Shown: positions 13,651 through 26,490 of the stretch, piece after piece
Layout: every line of letters begins with the position of its first letter
How positions within the stretch are numbered: position 1 is the stretch's first letter
Source: Mobula birostris
Taxonomy: Eukaryota
Assembly: GCF_030028105.1 (NCBI RefSeq)
Contig: NC_092383.1
Coordinates: 77,603,359-77,667,358 of the forward strand
Direction of reading: 5' to 3'
Length of the DNA: 64,000 nt
The notes under the pieces: generated by a model
Told to the model about the DNA's origin: nothing
Databases searched by the model: none
The model's input: the letters and a program-made list of their open reading frames with translations, nothing else
Program-made: the position numbers and the translations under genes

Positions 13651-14144
13651 GGGTGAGGTATTTTAATGAAGGGTCGCTGAAGTATAATATTAAATCTGTG
13701 CCTCATCCGTTGACAATTTCTAGCACTTTCTGAACGGATGGATACCTTGTAGGTTTCACCACATTCCCACCTTCAAACTACCCCCCCCCCACACACACAC
13801 TGGTCCTCACAATGGTCGTTATCCTCACACAGGTTATTTAACAAAATCACATTTCAGTGACTGGCTGTAAGAACAGGAAGTGTTGCAAACACTAAGCAGG
13901 TCAGAGAGCATCTGGAAAGAGAGACTGTTCATGTTTCATGCCTGAGATTCTTCATTAGAACAGAGAAGTACAGGAACAAGATCTTCCATAAACAAAAAAA
14001 CTTTTGAGTACGTCTTCAGACCACTACCTTATTATTGTGGGAATTAAAATGTCCGAAAGAGAAAAGAGAACAAAGGTAAAACAAAATGGCTGTGAAGATT
14101 CACTGATGTAATTGCCAGCTTAGATTCATATTGTAACATTTTCA

Positions 14145-14510
14145 CCTTTAGAACAGAAGGTTGTGACTTCATACTGGGCTCTGGAGACTCCAGCACTGCA
14201 TAATCGCAAGTTCTGTCATTCTGATAACCAATGCCATTTCAGATGGATGTAAAAGACCCTTATTATGCACCAACAAAAGATACTTTCCCAATGTCCTGAT
14301 TAATAATCATCTCTCGGCCAATGTCACTCAATAAGTTATCTAATCTTTTAATTAGTTGCTTATTCTGGGATCTTGCCGTGCTCAAATTGGCCATTTCTCT
14401 GACCTTACAACAGTGACTACACTTCAAGAGTACCTCATTGGCAGTAAAGCTCTGGGATATTCCAAAAAAACATAAAACAAACATCATATGAATGCAAATC
14501 CTTTCTTTAA
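14145..14510 (+). mobile_element. Ancient SacSINE1/AmnSINE1-like (Deu) SINE relic
   Basis: gggatcttgccgtgctcaaattggcc..ttacaacagtgactacacttcaagagtacctcattggcagtaaagc matches the recalled 3' region of this SINE group. Confidence 0.65.
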
Positions 14511-15894
14511 AAGGGACGCTTGCTGAGAGGGAAATGCTCTGAATCGCATTAGTGAGGTTTTAATTCCTGTCGAAAAAGGCAATAAACATACTAGGAACTG
14601 AGAACAAGACACCGCGGTAAAAGAGTATCCTGAACTCATTACTTCCCTTCTTAGTATAACTTTAAAACCTTCTCACAGTAAGGCTGCTGAGGTTGCCGAA
14701 GAAAGTGCATGCTAGAATAGTGAGCTTAGCAACTAATTGTCTGCTTATTACTTTAGTAAATAGAATGACATATTTATTACTCCATTTCCAAGTGTCTACC
14801 CCCTGCTTCTCTCTGGCTGTTAGCAGCGATTTCCTCCTATCTCTGATTCCTCACCACCACCCTTTGCTCTACTGCTGGCTCTTGTCTCCAGTGCAGAAAG
14901 TTGCTGATTCAAGCCCCAGTGCAAGCTTAAAACTGGACTGTGGCACATGCAACGTGCTGCTTGTGCTGCATTTTTACAAGCGCTTTCCTTTCAATGAGAC
15001 GTAAAACTGAAGTAATGAAGTTCAAATAGTCATAGTCATACTTTATTGATCCCGAAGGAAATTTGGTAAATTTGGAAATATAAGCAAGGATAGTGTTCTA
15101 CTGTCCAGCTTGGATTCTGTCTTTGCTGCAGTTCAGTCGTTAACACTCACAGCTCTCTGGCAGGCTAAAGTCACACTTCAAACACACAAGCACGTAATCT
15201 AAGATGGAAAATTACTCAATGTAAAAGGAAAAGTAAAAGAAAAGCTCACAATACTCAGCAAGTCAGAGAACATCGATGAGGAGAGAAGTTGATGATTTTC
15301 CATTATTAGTTATCAAAGCATGTTCTTATTTTCCTTCCTATCCAATATAGTAATTGATGGGAAGCCTTTTAGTCTATACATCATGTTCAATATCTAACAC
15401 ATTCACTGCAAATCTTTTGCAAAGACAATTAGACAATCCTAATCTCAGTCCCCCAAAATAATCTCTTCTTGGGTTCACACCCAAAACACAAGACAGATAG
15501 GAAGCACAGGTATTCTTTTCTTCTATGGTCTACACCATGACTGAGACTTTATTTCATTTAACAAATTAATTATAGCAGAATCTAAACTACTTTCCTTCTG
15601 TTTCTCGGCCTGAAACGTTGACTGTTTACTCTTTCCTATGGATGCTGCCTGGCCTGCTAAGTTCCTCCAGCATTTTGAGTGTGTTGCTTCCTTTTTTGTG
15701 TACATTTTCTTCTGAAACTATAGCAACTAAGTATTTCCATTCATATTTAAGATTATTCATAATTAAATAATGCATCTGAGGGAAACTATATTAGATCCTG
15801 GATCTCTCTGTGAAGACTCCCAATCTTCAGCCTTAAATGATCATTGAAAACTGACACATTTACTCAGTTTTCTGGTTCATTCTGGTCCCTATCA

Positions 15895-16365
15895 TTGACT
15901 ACATCTACAAGGAGCACTGCCACAACAAAGCAGCGCCCATCACCAAGGACTCCCACCATTGTTTTCTTCTTGAGCTGCCATCAGGATGGAGGCTTGGGAG
16001 CCTTAGTTCTCAATCCATCAAGTTTAGGAACAGTTATTACCCTTCAACCATTAGGCTCCAGAACTGCAGGGGATAACTTCACTCACCCCAACACTGAACT
16101 GATTTCCCAACCTATGGACTCACTTCCGGGGACTCTATGGATCATGTTCTCAATATTATTTATTGAGTTATTTATCAATTTTTTTGTACAGTTTGCCTTC
16201 TTTTGCATATTGGTTATATGTCACTCTTTGTGTCTAGTTTTCATTGCTTGCATTATATACCTCTGTTCTACTGCCAACACCTGCAAGAAAAGGAATCTCA
16301 GGGTAGCACGTGGTGGCATATAGAGCATGTACTTTGATAATAGGTTTGCTTTGAATATTGAACTT
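15895..16365 (+). mobile_element. Rex1/Babar LINE 3' fragment
   Basis: ORF2 C-terminal remnant plus 3' UTR (gcaagaaaaggaatctcagggt..) ending in a TTGAAC-type tail. Confidence 0.7.
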
Positions 16366-17214
16366 TGAGCATAGCATCAGATGCACATCATTGCTATGTG
16401 CCTTTGATGCTTCTGCAAGCAAATATTTTTATTACACCTATGCATACATATACTTGTGCATATGATCATAAAATTGACTGATTTTCTCTGATGTAACTGA
16501 GGCAATATTTATCAACATCGATAAATGGCAGCCCTTATTTAATCTCCCTGTTACTCAAGAGAGCTTGCTGCATGCAGATTGGCTACAAAAATAAGTATGT
16601 CATTGGTTGCAAAGACATTTTGAATGTCCTGAGGTTAGGAAAGGTATATTATAAATTCAGATTCTTTCTGTTTGTTATAAAGATAATTGCCTCGTACACG
16701 ATTTCCCAATACGTCAGAACAGCATGGAAGGAAATTGCTGGCTAAGTGGAGAATTCCGGACACGACATAAAAGAAAGAAGATAAAGATAATGCCACTTCA
16801 AATGATTAGCCCTCTTTTATATCACCCCCCAGTCATGTGACCTTTAACGACAGAGGGTCAGGAAGGTAGTCAAGTTGGATTTAATCTCTCCAAATGCAAT
16901 AATTGTTTTTTGATATTCTCTTGTTGCTTTGACACCGATGAGCCCACAGCAACTGAGCATTTCATACAGCAGCCCTGGCATTTCAAAGCTAATTTATTCC
17001 ACAACACAAGCCCTTCCATTAACCCCCTGATGACTTTACTGTGAAGTTCCTGGGCACTTTAGCTTCAGCTAATGAGCACTTTCATCAGATGAAAAACAAG
17101 CACATCATTAATGATCTCTGCTGCCCATAGGTTGGCATATTCTACCTTTGAAAGGGGCTAAAGGCCACATCATACAATCCAGGGTCTTGGGAAAGGGCCA
17201 TGTTTTGATCAGAC

Positions 17215-17670
17215 CATATCCATAGTATATAAACTTTCAAGACATCAGGATATCTCAAAGCACTTCACAGCCAACGAAGTTCAATTGAAGTGTAGTCATT
17301 AAAATGGAAAGCGCATCAGCCAGTCAGTGCTACTGAAGATCCCACAAACAGCAATGGAATAAGTAAACAGATTTAGCAGCTTTAAGGATATTAGTTGAGA
17401 GATATGTTTGATTGGGCCACCGGAAGGGGAGCTTCACTGCTCTACTTCAAAACAGTGCTCCAGAGATCTTGTATGTCCTTTCAAGAGACCAAATGGGAGT
17501 TCTATTTAACACTGCAGTCACACTAAAAAGAACTCTCACTTATAGGACTGTCAACGCTGCACTTTGAACATTAATCTGATTTGTGAATTGTACTCTCTAG
17601 AGTTAGGTTTGAACCCGTTTTTAATATTATCCCACGAGTCACAGTTGCCACCATGAAAACACAGTGCTTA
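17215..17670 (-). mobile_element. SacSINE1-like SINE relic, near full length
   Basis: Reverse complement of the 14145-14510 relic; B-box-like gggttcaaacc near 17610. Confidence 0.6.
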
Positions 17671-17837
17671 ATTACTGAAGTACTCAACAAAGCTAAATAT
17701 GACAGAAGTTAAGAGTGATGTTATTTTAATAGGAAGATATATCTATTGGCCTCAGAAATGGCCAAGCTTGGGAAAGTGCAAGGAACACTGTTAAAATCTC
17801 ACTAGAACCTGTAGGTAAGGTATAAATTAAATTATTA

Positions 17838-18195
17838 GCACAAGAGGTACTGCAGATGCTGGAAATCTGGAGCAATACACACAATGTACTGGACGAGCTC
17901 AGAATATCAGGCACATCTATGGATGGGAATAAACAGTAGACATTTTGAGCTGAGACCCTCCATCAGGACTGGAAAGGAAGGGGGAAGAAGTCCAAATAAG
18001 AAGGTGGGGGGCAAGGGGAGGAAGATGTATAAGGTGGCAGGTGAGGCGTTGAAGTAAAGAGCTGGGAAGAGATAAATTGCTGAAGAAGGTGGAATCCGAT
18101 AGGAGAGGATAGAAGACCATGGAAGAAAGGGAAGGAAAAGGAGCATCAGAAGAAGGCAATGGACAGGTAAGAGGGAGGGAGGCATGAATGGGGAA
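17838..18195 (-). mobile_element. Penelope-like terminal repeat fragment
   Basis: Pyrimidine-rich body, then CAGTC-CTGATGG..; same tail as other copies. Confidence 0.7.
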
Positions 18196-18774
18196 ACTTC
18201 CTGCTGGAAAGCCTTCCTTCATGTGAACGGGAAGGAGAAATGAAATGGCTCGTTCTCACGTCCCTGGCTGGATCTTGAATTCATAAACCCCCTGACCCAG
18301 ATGTATTACTGATAGGTAGTGTTGGTAGTAGAAAAACTTGATTAGGAGTCAAACTTGTTTTCCCTCATCTCCTCAAAATGTTGTGACCTTGAATTTATTT
18401 TTTCTCTGGGTTATTCATCAAGCAATTGACGTAAGCGACAAATGAAATTTGTGAGATAAAGATGCATTAAGATCTGATTCTATCTATTTGGTTGCTCCAA
18501 TAATGAAAGATAGTAATCAGATTTTATTTCTAAGCTGTTACCAGCATTGGCTGCAGAAAAAATGATGCTTAATAGCCTTTAGAAGAAAATTCAATAACAA
18601 AGGTGATGAATCTTTGGTCACTTTGCTAGTTGCTCTTCAGCTTCCAGACTTTTGAGTGTAAATCATTAAAAATTTAACCCTGATGGCCCTCCAGAAACAA
18701 TCATAAGTTTCTGCTGTGACATCATATAAGTGAACAGGAAGAGACCCTGTTATACCTTAAATTTTATATATATA

Positions 18775-19330
18775 GTTGGCATCCATCTATCTCGAAGGAC
18801 AATGGGTGATGATGATCATTATCACAAGCCTAGGTAGAAGATATCGAGATCTTGAGATGCCCGGTTGTCAAGATCTCTCTCTTGGCCTAACCAGTGTAGT
18901 CCATAGGAAAGCAATAACTTTGGCTGCAGGAGCTGCTGGAAGGATGATCAATGACGTTCAGTTGCCTTGGGGACTCCACTCCGGATTTGCTGTCTGGGTT
19001 TACTCCCGTAGTCTTTGTCTCTCATGAGGCTGCCCACAAGGCAATGGGGCTATTGACCCATAACTGGGGATCTGGTTCATGAGCACCAGGGCGTGTCCTC
19101 CCACCGGTGGGTCTGCGTGCTATGTGCGCAGGGGCCAGACCTCCTCCCCATTCTCTGTAGTTCAGAAAGGAGTTCAGTCTTGGTGTGCTGCCAGCAAGGA
19201 GACACTACATGAGGCTTGCAGTTGGAGAGGCTATGTACTGGCAGGGAGAGACTTACATATTCAGTTCTCCTTTGTGCAAAACTGCAAGCCAGTAGTGAAA
19301 GCTGAAAATGAGAGCGACAAGCATTACTCA
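18775..19330 (-). mobile_element. RTE-derived non-autonomous element
   Basis: Minus-strand end ccattgtccttcgagatagatggatgccaac resembles RTE 3' termini; GC-rich non-coding body. Confidence 0.55.
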
Positions 19331-19344
19331 CTACTCAAAAAAAA

Positions 19345-20360
19345 AGGGAGGCAGAGTTCATGGGTTCATAGTCCATTCAGAAGTCTGATGGCAAAGGGGA
19401 TGAAGTTGTTCTTGAAACGTTAAGTGAGTGTCTTCAGGCTCATGTACCTCCTTTATTACCTTTAACGATGGATGCAGGAGTACTGGATGCTGGGGAGGCT
19501 AGTGCCCATGATGGAGCTGGCTGAGTTTACAACTTTCTGCAGCTATTACCAATCCTGTGCAGTGGCCCCTCCATACCAGACAGTGATGCAGCCAGTCAGA
19601 ACGCTCTCCATGGTACATCTTCAGAAATTTGAGAGTGTCTTTACTGGCATACCAAGTCTCCTCACGCTCCTAATGAAGTATAGTCGTTGACATGCTTTCT
19701 TCGTAATTGCATCAATACTGGGCCCAGGGTAGGTCCTCAGAGATACTGACATCCAAAGACTTGGAACTGCTCATCCTTTACTCTTCTGATCTCTCCATTA
19801 GGACGTGTGTGTTCGCTTGACTTCCCCTTCCTGAAGTTCATAATCAATGCTTTGGTCGTATTGAGTGCAAGGTTGTTGCTGTGACACCACTCAACCAGCT
19901 GATCCACTTCTCTTCTGTATGCCTCTTCGTCACTGTCTGAAATTGTGCCAACAACAGTGTGTCATCAATAAATTTATAGATGGCAGTTGAGCAGTGCTTG
20001 GGCATACAACTGTGGGTGCAGAGAGAGTAGCAAAGTGGGCTAAGCACATGCCTTTGAGGTGAGCCAGTGTTGATTGTCAGTGAGGAGGTGATGTTACTTC
20101 TGATTCTCACTGACTCTGGTCTGCCAGTGAGAAAGTCAAGGATCCAGTTGCAGAGAGAGGTATGGAGGCCCACGTTTTAGAGCTTGTTGATTAGAATTGA
20201 GGGTATGATTGTGTTGAATGCTGAGCTGTAATCAGCAACCTGATCTAGGTATTACCATTGTCCAGGTGACCCAAGGCCAACTGGAGAGCCAGAGAGATTC
20301 CATCCGCTGTAGACCTACGGTAGCAAACTGATAGGCAAATTGCAGCTGGTCCAGGCCCAG
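19345..20360 (-). mobile_element. Rex1/Babar LINE ORF2 fragment (RT to C-terminus)
   Basis: LDQLQFAY; [14 protein letters not shown]; TGSPQ..VLSPL; IYKFIDDT. Confidence 0.85.
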
Positions 20361-20866
20361 GAGATTTGGCATGTCACCAAAATCTCTTGAAAATTTCAAC
20401 AGATGTACAGTGGAGAGCATTCTGACTAGTTGTGTCATTGCTTGGTATAGAGGCTCAAACATGCAAATTTGCAAGTGTTTGCGAAGGGTTGTAGACTCAG
20501 CTGGTTTCATCACAGGCACAACCGTCTCCGCTGTTGAGGATATCTTCAAGAGCCACTGCCTCAAGAAGGTGGCATCTGTTATTAAAGACCCTAACCATCT
20601 GGGAAATGCCTTCCATATGTTACTGTCATCAAGGAGGAGGTACAAGAGCTTGAAGACCGTACTCAATGATTCTGGAACAGCTTCTTCCCTCCTTCCATCA
20701 GGTTTCTGAATGGTCCATGAACCCATGAGCTCTGCTTTATTTTTGCATTTTTTTTGTAACTTATGGTAATTTTTATGCATTTTTACATCTTGCATTGTAC
20801 TGCTGTTTCAAAGCAACATATTTCATGTCATATATCAGTGCTAATAAACCTGATTCTGATTCTGAC
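20361..20866 (+). mobile_element. Rex1/Babar LINE 3' fragment
   Basis: ORF 20371-20709 MSPKSLENFNRCTVESILTSCVIAWY; (CTGATT)n tail. Confidence 0.85.
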
Positions 20867-21077
20867 TATGCACTCTCAACTCATTGCAACACTTTCCGGA
20901 TACTTGACCTTTAAAAGGGGCAAGTAAACTAGAAAAGCAGTCGCCCTATCAGTAAAGGACAACATAAGAGCTTTAAAACAAAAAGATCACAGCCCAGAAA
21001 ATCAAGAAGAATTGTTTGGAGTGAAGCTAAGAGTCAGCAAGGGGCAGAAAACTTTGGTGAGATCTGCTGGGGTCATT

Positions 21078-21420
21078 TACTTCACCTGTGAAACTGCTGG
21101 GGTTGTCTATTGTGTCCAGTGCCCTCAATGCAGCCCCCTCTACATTGGTGAGACCCTTCGTAAATTGGGGGACGACTTCATCAAGCACCTCCACTCCATC
21201 TGCCAAAAGCAGAACTTCACAGTGGCCAAATATTTTAATTCTGATTTACCAATCACCTTCCAGCTAGCCTCATTCCCCTCTCCCTACCTTTTTATCCTGT
21301 CGTCTTCCCCCTTTCATTTCAGTTCTGAAGAAGGGTCTCAGCCAGAAATATCGACAGTTTATTAATTTCCATAGATGTTACTTGACCTGCTCAGTTCCTC
21401 CAGCATTTTTTTATGTGGTA
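21078..21420 (+). mobile_element. Penelope-like element fragment, internally deleted
   Basis: GIY-YIG motif FTCETAGVVYCVQCPQCSPLYIGET joined to the hammerhead-bearing tail. Confidence 0.8.
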
Positions 21421-21805
21421 CTTTGGAGAGATTTGCCCATCGTTCACCCATACTATCTAATGTGCAACCTAGTATTAACTGAAATTTTGAAATGCGTATG
21501 TCTAGGATAATATGAAGGTCATGGAGGTCCTTAACAAGAACGGAATGCAGGAAGAACTCAAAGGGTCAGACAGCATCTGTGGAGGTAAAAGGTCACCTGC
21601 AAGTCAAACCCTGCAAAAGGACTAAGAGATCTTTAATGTTTCTACAGACCAGGCAAACCAAATAAACAGCAATAGCATTAACCTGTACTATTTTCTAGAT
21701 TAGTAAATTAAAGAAATAACAAGGGACCCACCAAGCCAACTGACATTAGAAATATTGATGCAGGAATTTATGATGAAAATTTCAAAATAAAGAAAATATT
21801 TCTCG

Positions 21806-22392
21806 GTGGCCAATCATTTTAATTCCTCTTTCCATTCCCATTCCTACATGTCGGTCCATGGCCTCCTCTACTGAGATGATAAGACTACTCTCAGGTTGGA
21901 GAAGCAAGTAGTCTGTCTGGGTAGCCCCCAACCCCCAGCATGAACTTCAATTTCTCTAACTCCTGGAGATTTCTCCCCTTCCCCCATCTCTCTTTTTCCA
22001 TTCCCCAATTCTGGCTGTCCTCTCATCCTTTCTCTTCTCCTCACCTGCCTATCACCTCCCTCTGGTGCCTCTCCTCCTTCCCTCTCCCCCATGGTCTAGT
22101 CCTCTGTCCCATCAGATTCCTTCTTCTTCAGCATTTCACACTTCGCACCTCTCACCTCCCACCTTCTCAGTTCATTCCCCCTCCCCACCCACCTACCTTC
22201 CCCCTCACCTGATCTCATCTATCACCTACCATTTTGTACTCCTTCCCCTCCCCTCATCTTATTCTGGCTTCTTCCCTCTTACTTTCCAGTCCTGAGGAAG
22301 ACTCTCGGCCTGAAACATCAACTTTTTATTCCTCTCCATAGATACTGCCTGGCCTGCTGAGTTCCTCCATCATTTCATGTGTGTTACTCTGA
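21806..22392 (+). mobile_element. Penelope-like element 3' fragment
   Basis: End of GIY-YIG coding region, pyrimidine-rich UTR, CAGTC-CTGAGGA..GAAAC tail. Confidence 0.8.
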
Positions 22393-22920
22393 AATAAAGC
22401 ATGAATCCTGAACTATATTTGTGCAAAATCATCCAGACTTCAATATAATCTAGGCATGATGATGAAGCAATGACAAGCAGTAGTTTTGATACCCATGCAT
22501 ACAGAATTTTAATAACAGTCATAGTTCTCCAGTCAAATCCAGATAAGGTGCATGATAGGTTTAGGTATAATTTTATTGAAGTGAAAAATCAGTAATCACC
22601 AGGATAAAAATGTTCAGGCCAACATTAATTATCTAAGGACCACCTGTTGTTTTCATTAATTAGAATATATGTCAGTATTAAGCAGCCAATGGTAATGACT
22701 TTTTAAATAGATTATCATTGTTCTTTTTGTGCCTTTCCTTCAATGATTACCATTCTCCAAATTAATTCTGACGTGATATACAATCAGTTGATTGCATCAC
22801 GTGGCTATTCCTTTTGGTCAGCAAAAAGAGGCACCGTCAGGTAACGTGGAAGCTGCTTAACCCTCTATCCAAATAACATTTTACCTGCCTTGGGAGAGGG
22901 CTTACAGGGTTTTTGATATT

Positions 22921-23232
22921 TTTAGTTTATTTATTGACATACTGTGCAGAGCAGGCCCTTCGGGCCCTTTGAGTTGCATCACCCAGCAACCCCCGATTTA
23001 ACCCATCATTGGATGATGTCCATCCAGTGTGTATCACTGGACAACACACAATGGCCAATTAATTTCCCAACTGGTACGTCTTTGGACTGTGGGAGGAAAC
23101 TGGAGCACCCGGAGGAAACCCACGTGGTCATGGGGAGAACGTACAGACTCCTTACAGGCAGTGGCAGGAATGGATCCCGGGTCAACTGCACTGTAAAGCG
23201 TTGTGCTAACTGCTACGTTACTGTGTCACCCC
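22921..23232 (-). mobile_element. HE1-type V-SINE
   Basis: tRNA-like head, V-domain (gggtttcctccgggtgctccagtttcctcccacagtccaaagacgtac), CR1-like tail, (TAAA)n. Confidence 0.85.
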
Positions 23233-24230
23233 TATGCATTCTATTGTACCTCTGCATTCTGTATCTGACCTGAGGATGCTTTCTACCTAACCTGTGCTGT
23301 TCCTGCTTTGCGACTGATTGATGAAAGTGCGGGAAGAGAGTTTTGCAAAATATATAACCCTGCCCTCTTCGAACTCGGAGAGGAGCATAAAATCTCAGGC
23401 GTAATGCAAAATCAGTTCAGGTATCATCTTACAGCATTCCCTTGACAGAGGTACAGAGGAGGCTAGATAAAGTCAAAGTTCGCAATTACAGTGTATCCAT
23501 TCTATACCTGCCCTGGGAATGTCTGATACGGAAGCAGACGGACAGCTTTACATTGTATACAGCTGGTGCAGCTCCTCCACTGGGAATATTTAATGGAATA
23601 GTAACCGAGGCATACTTTTACAATATGTCTAACCTCAGCTACCCCTGTCTTGGGAATGTTTGATAGAAACAGCGCTGAGGAAGATTTACCCTGCACCTAA
23701 GCAGTGCTACACCTGTCTTCAGAATTAAAATACTTCTCATTCTCCACACTAATTTTCCTCTCTTCCCCCCTAGTGAGTAGAAAATTAATACAAATTATTT
23801 CTGTTCTGTAATACTTGTTTGCATTAATGTAAGCATTACTTTCGCATGTTGTGCTCTGATTTAGATTAAATTCAGGAAATTGCCTGCCGCAGTATGTGAA
23901 GTAATTTGCTGTAGTCAGTGTATTAAACCATTCACTCAAAGGTTCTGTTTCAGTCACCTGTTTTGCTTTTAAGTGCTGGCTGCAAGGAGTATATGATTGT
24001 GGTGGATTTTCTTTATGACATCAGCTCATGACTTACCGAAATAATTTTATTAAGTCAGGATCTGTAAGTAATCTTGGAAACTTTAAGGTATTTTTTTTTC
24101 CAATTTTCCGCAAAGGGTTGATAATTACTTAGGGTGATCTCTTGAGCACAAGGCTGGTAAAAATGCTGATCAGAATACCTGTCTTCCTCATGGTCACTGT
24201 ACAGTAGATCTACAGAAACCTTTCTTGATA

Positions 24231-24761
24231 CACTCTATGGCCACTTGATCAGGTACATCCTGTACCTAATAAAATGGCCACTGAGCATATGTTCTGCTGT
24301 TGTAGCCCATCCACTTCAAGGATCGACGTGCTCTGCATTCAGGGATACTTTTCTGCGTACCACTGTTGTACTGTGTGATTATTCGAGCTACCACCATCTT
24401 CCTGTCAGCTTGAATCAGTCTACCCATTCTCCTCTGATCTTTCTTGTTAACAAGGTGTTTCTGCCCACAGAACGCCACTCGCTGGATGCTCTTTTGCTTT
24501 TTGCACTGTCCTCTGTACACTCTAGAGACTATCGTGCATGAAAATCCCAGGAGATATGCTGTTTTTAAGATACTCAAACCACCCTGTCTGGCACCCATGA
24601 TCATTCCATGGTCAAAGTCGCTTTGATCACATTTCTCCCCCATTCTGACATTTTGTCCGAACAACATCTGTCCTCTTGACTGCCTCTGCATGCTTTTATG
24701 CATGGGGTTGCTGCTACATAATAGATTGATTAGGTATTTGCATTAATGAGCAGGTGTACAG
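24231..24761 (-). mobile_element. Tc1 non-autonomous derivative (copy A; lacks the 5' TIR)
   Basis: Transposase N-terminal HTH (MGEKCDQSDFDHGMIMGARQGGLSI..GFSCTIVSRVY); 57-bp TIR-TIR hairpin at 24231-24287 flanked by TA on both sides. Confidence 0.85.
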
Positions 24762-25956
24762 AACATTCTCCTGTTTTACTCACCCAGGATGTGTGTCTAA
24801 TGTCAAAGGAGAGGCTGCAGCTGCCACAACCAGGGTAGAGCATTAATTGGTTAAGAGAAGGTGGGTCAATGCCCCGAGCTGTTTCTCTCCTTTTATTAAT
24901 AGATATCCTTCACAGTCCACCATCTCAGGTAGGTTTTAAAAATAAAAAGAATGTGCATAGACTCACAGAAACATTGCAGCATAGAAAGAAGCCATTTGGT
25001 CCATTGAGAACCTGCTGATTCTTTGAACAGCACCCAGTCAGTTCATTTCTCAGCCACTCTCATCACAGCTCCGAGAATTATTTACATCTATCCCATTCCC
25101 ACTTGAGCTGATGTCTTTACATATCAGCTATCATAATCTCAGAAAGTCCCACACTGAAGCACTTTGCATACAATGAAGGGCTTTTGAAATATCAGTGCTC
25201 TTGTCATTCAGGAAGTACAGCAACTGATTTGTACATAGTGATCTCCAACGAACATTATTAAGATATTGATCTTACGTCGGTGATGTTCGTCAAAGAATAA
25301 ATTTTGCCCAGGGCATGAGGAAGAACTCTTTGAAATAGTGTTATGACATTTTTTACATCCACTAAGAAAGCTGGTGGGAACTTAATTTAATGAATAACCT
25401 GGAAGATGTCATGTCTATTTTCTGTAATATTCCATGTTCTATCAAAGGGAAGGGTTAGATTAATCTTAGAGCAGGTTAAAAGGTCGGCACAACATTGTGG
25501 GCTGAAGGGCCTGTACTGTGCTGTAGTGTTCAATGTTCAATGTCTGGCCTGCCGGGAGCTCTGCATTCTTTGTGCAATTTATCCCTCTTCATTCTTTAGA
25601 GTTCAGAATGTAAAAAAAGACATAGGGAACAGGGATGATTTTAATACACCATCTTTCTTGATGGAAACCAGACAGGTGAGTAGTTAAGTGTTTCCAGTCA
25701 TCTATACATCCAAAGCCACCAGCATTCCTTTAGTCGTGTGGGTGTCAGGTCCTAAGACTCTTTGATCATGGAGAAGAAAGATTCAGCCTCTCTTCTGACA
25801 GAATACCTTATCATTCGGCTCACTGATAAGTGTGGAGACTTACTGTGCACAACTTGTCAGCCATGTTTTGTACATTGTGTTTGTTCTGAAAGGGTCTTAC
25901 TGCCAAATTGCTTCATAATGCAAATTTCACTCATTCTTGCAACAACTGGTTAAATC

Positions 25957-26016
25957 TATTCCTTTTCTGAAGAAGGTTGCTATGATTATTCCTTTTCTGA
26001 AGAAGATTGCCATGAT
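25957..26016. repeat. Tandem duplication, 2 x 30 bp
   Basis: tattccttttctgaagaag(g/a)ttgc(t/c)atgat occurs twice. Confidence 0.9.
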
Positions 26017-26311
26017 GATATTGCCCTTTAAGAGCCCTGATAGCTGCTGGATTGAATAGGTTTCACAGCGTGTAATATGATGTCCAATCTCCTGCATTGA
26101 TTACTCTTTGTGTGTTATTGATCAGTGATCTGCGTATAGTGCAAACCGAGGAAACAATTCTGGATAAATATTATTAACTCCAATTTCACACTGTCCAAGA
26201 AAGTCACCAGAGACTGATACTAAAGACCATTTTCAAATAAACACAGCATACTAGCTTTACTTTCTATTGCTGCAGCAGTCACAGTGCTCAGGAACAGCAT
26301 TATGTATACAA

Positions 26312-26490
26312 TAAACACAAAACATACGCAGATGCTGGAAGTCTGGAGCAACACATACAAAATTCTGGAGGAACTCAGCAGGTTAGGCAGCATCTATGGA
26401 GAGGAATGAAGGTTTTCGGCCTGAAACGCCGACTGTTTATTCCTCTCCAGGGATCCGATCAGATCTGCTGAGTTCCTCTGGCACTTTTCT
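26312..26490. mobile_element. Inverted pair of Penelope-like tails
   Basis: Minus copy 26312-26407 abuts plus copy 26408-26490. Confidence 0.7.
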
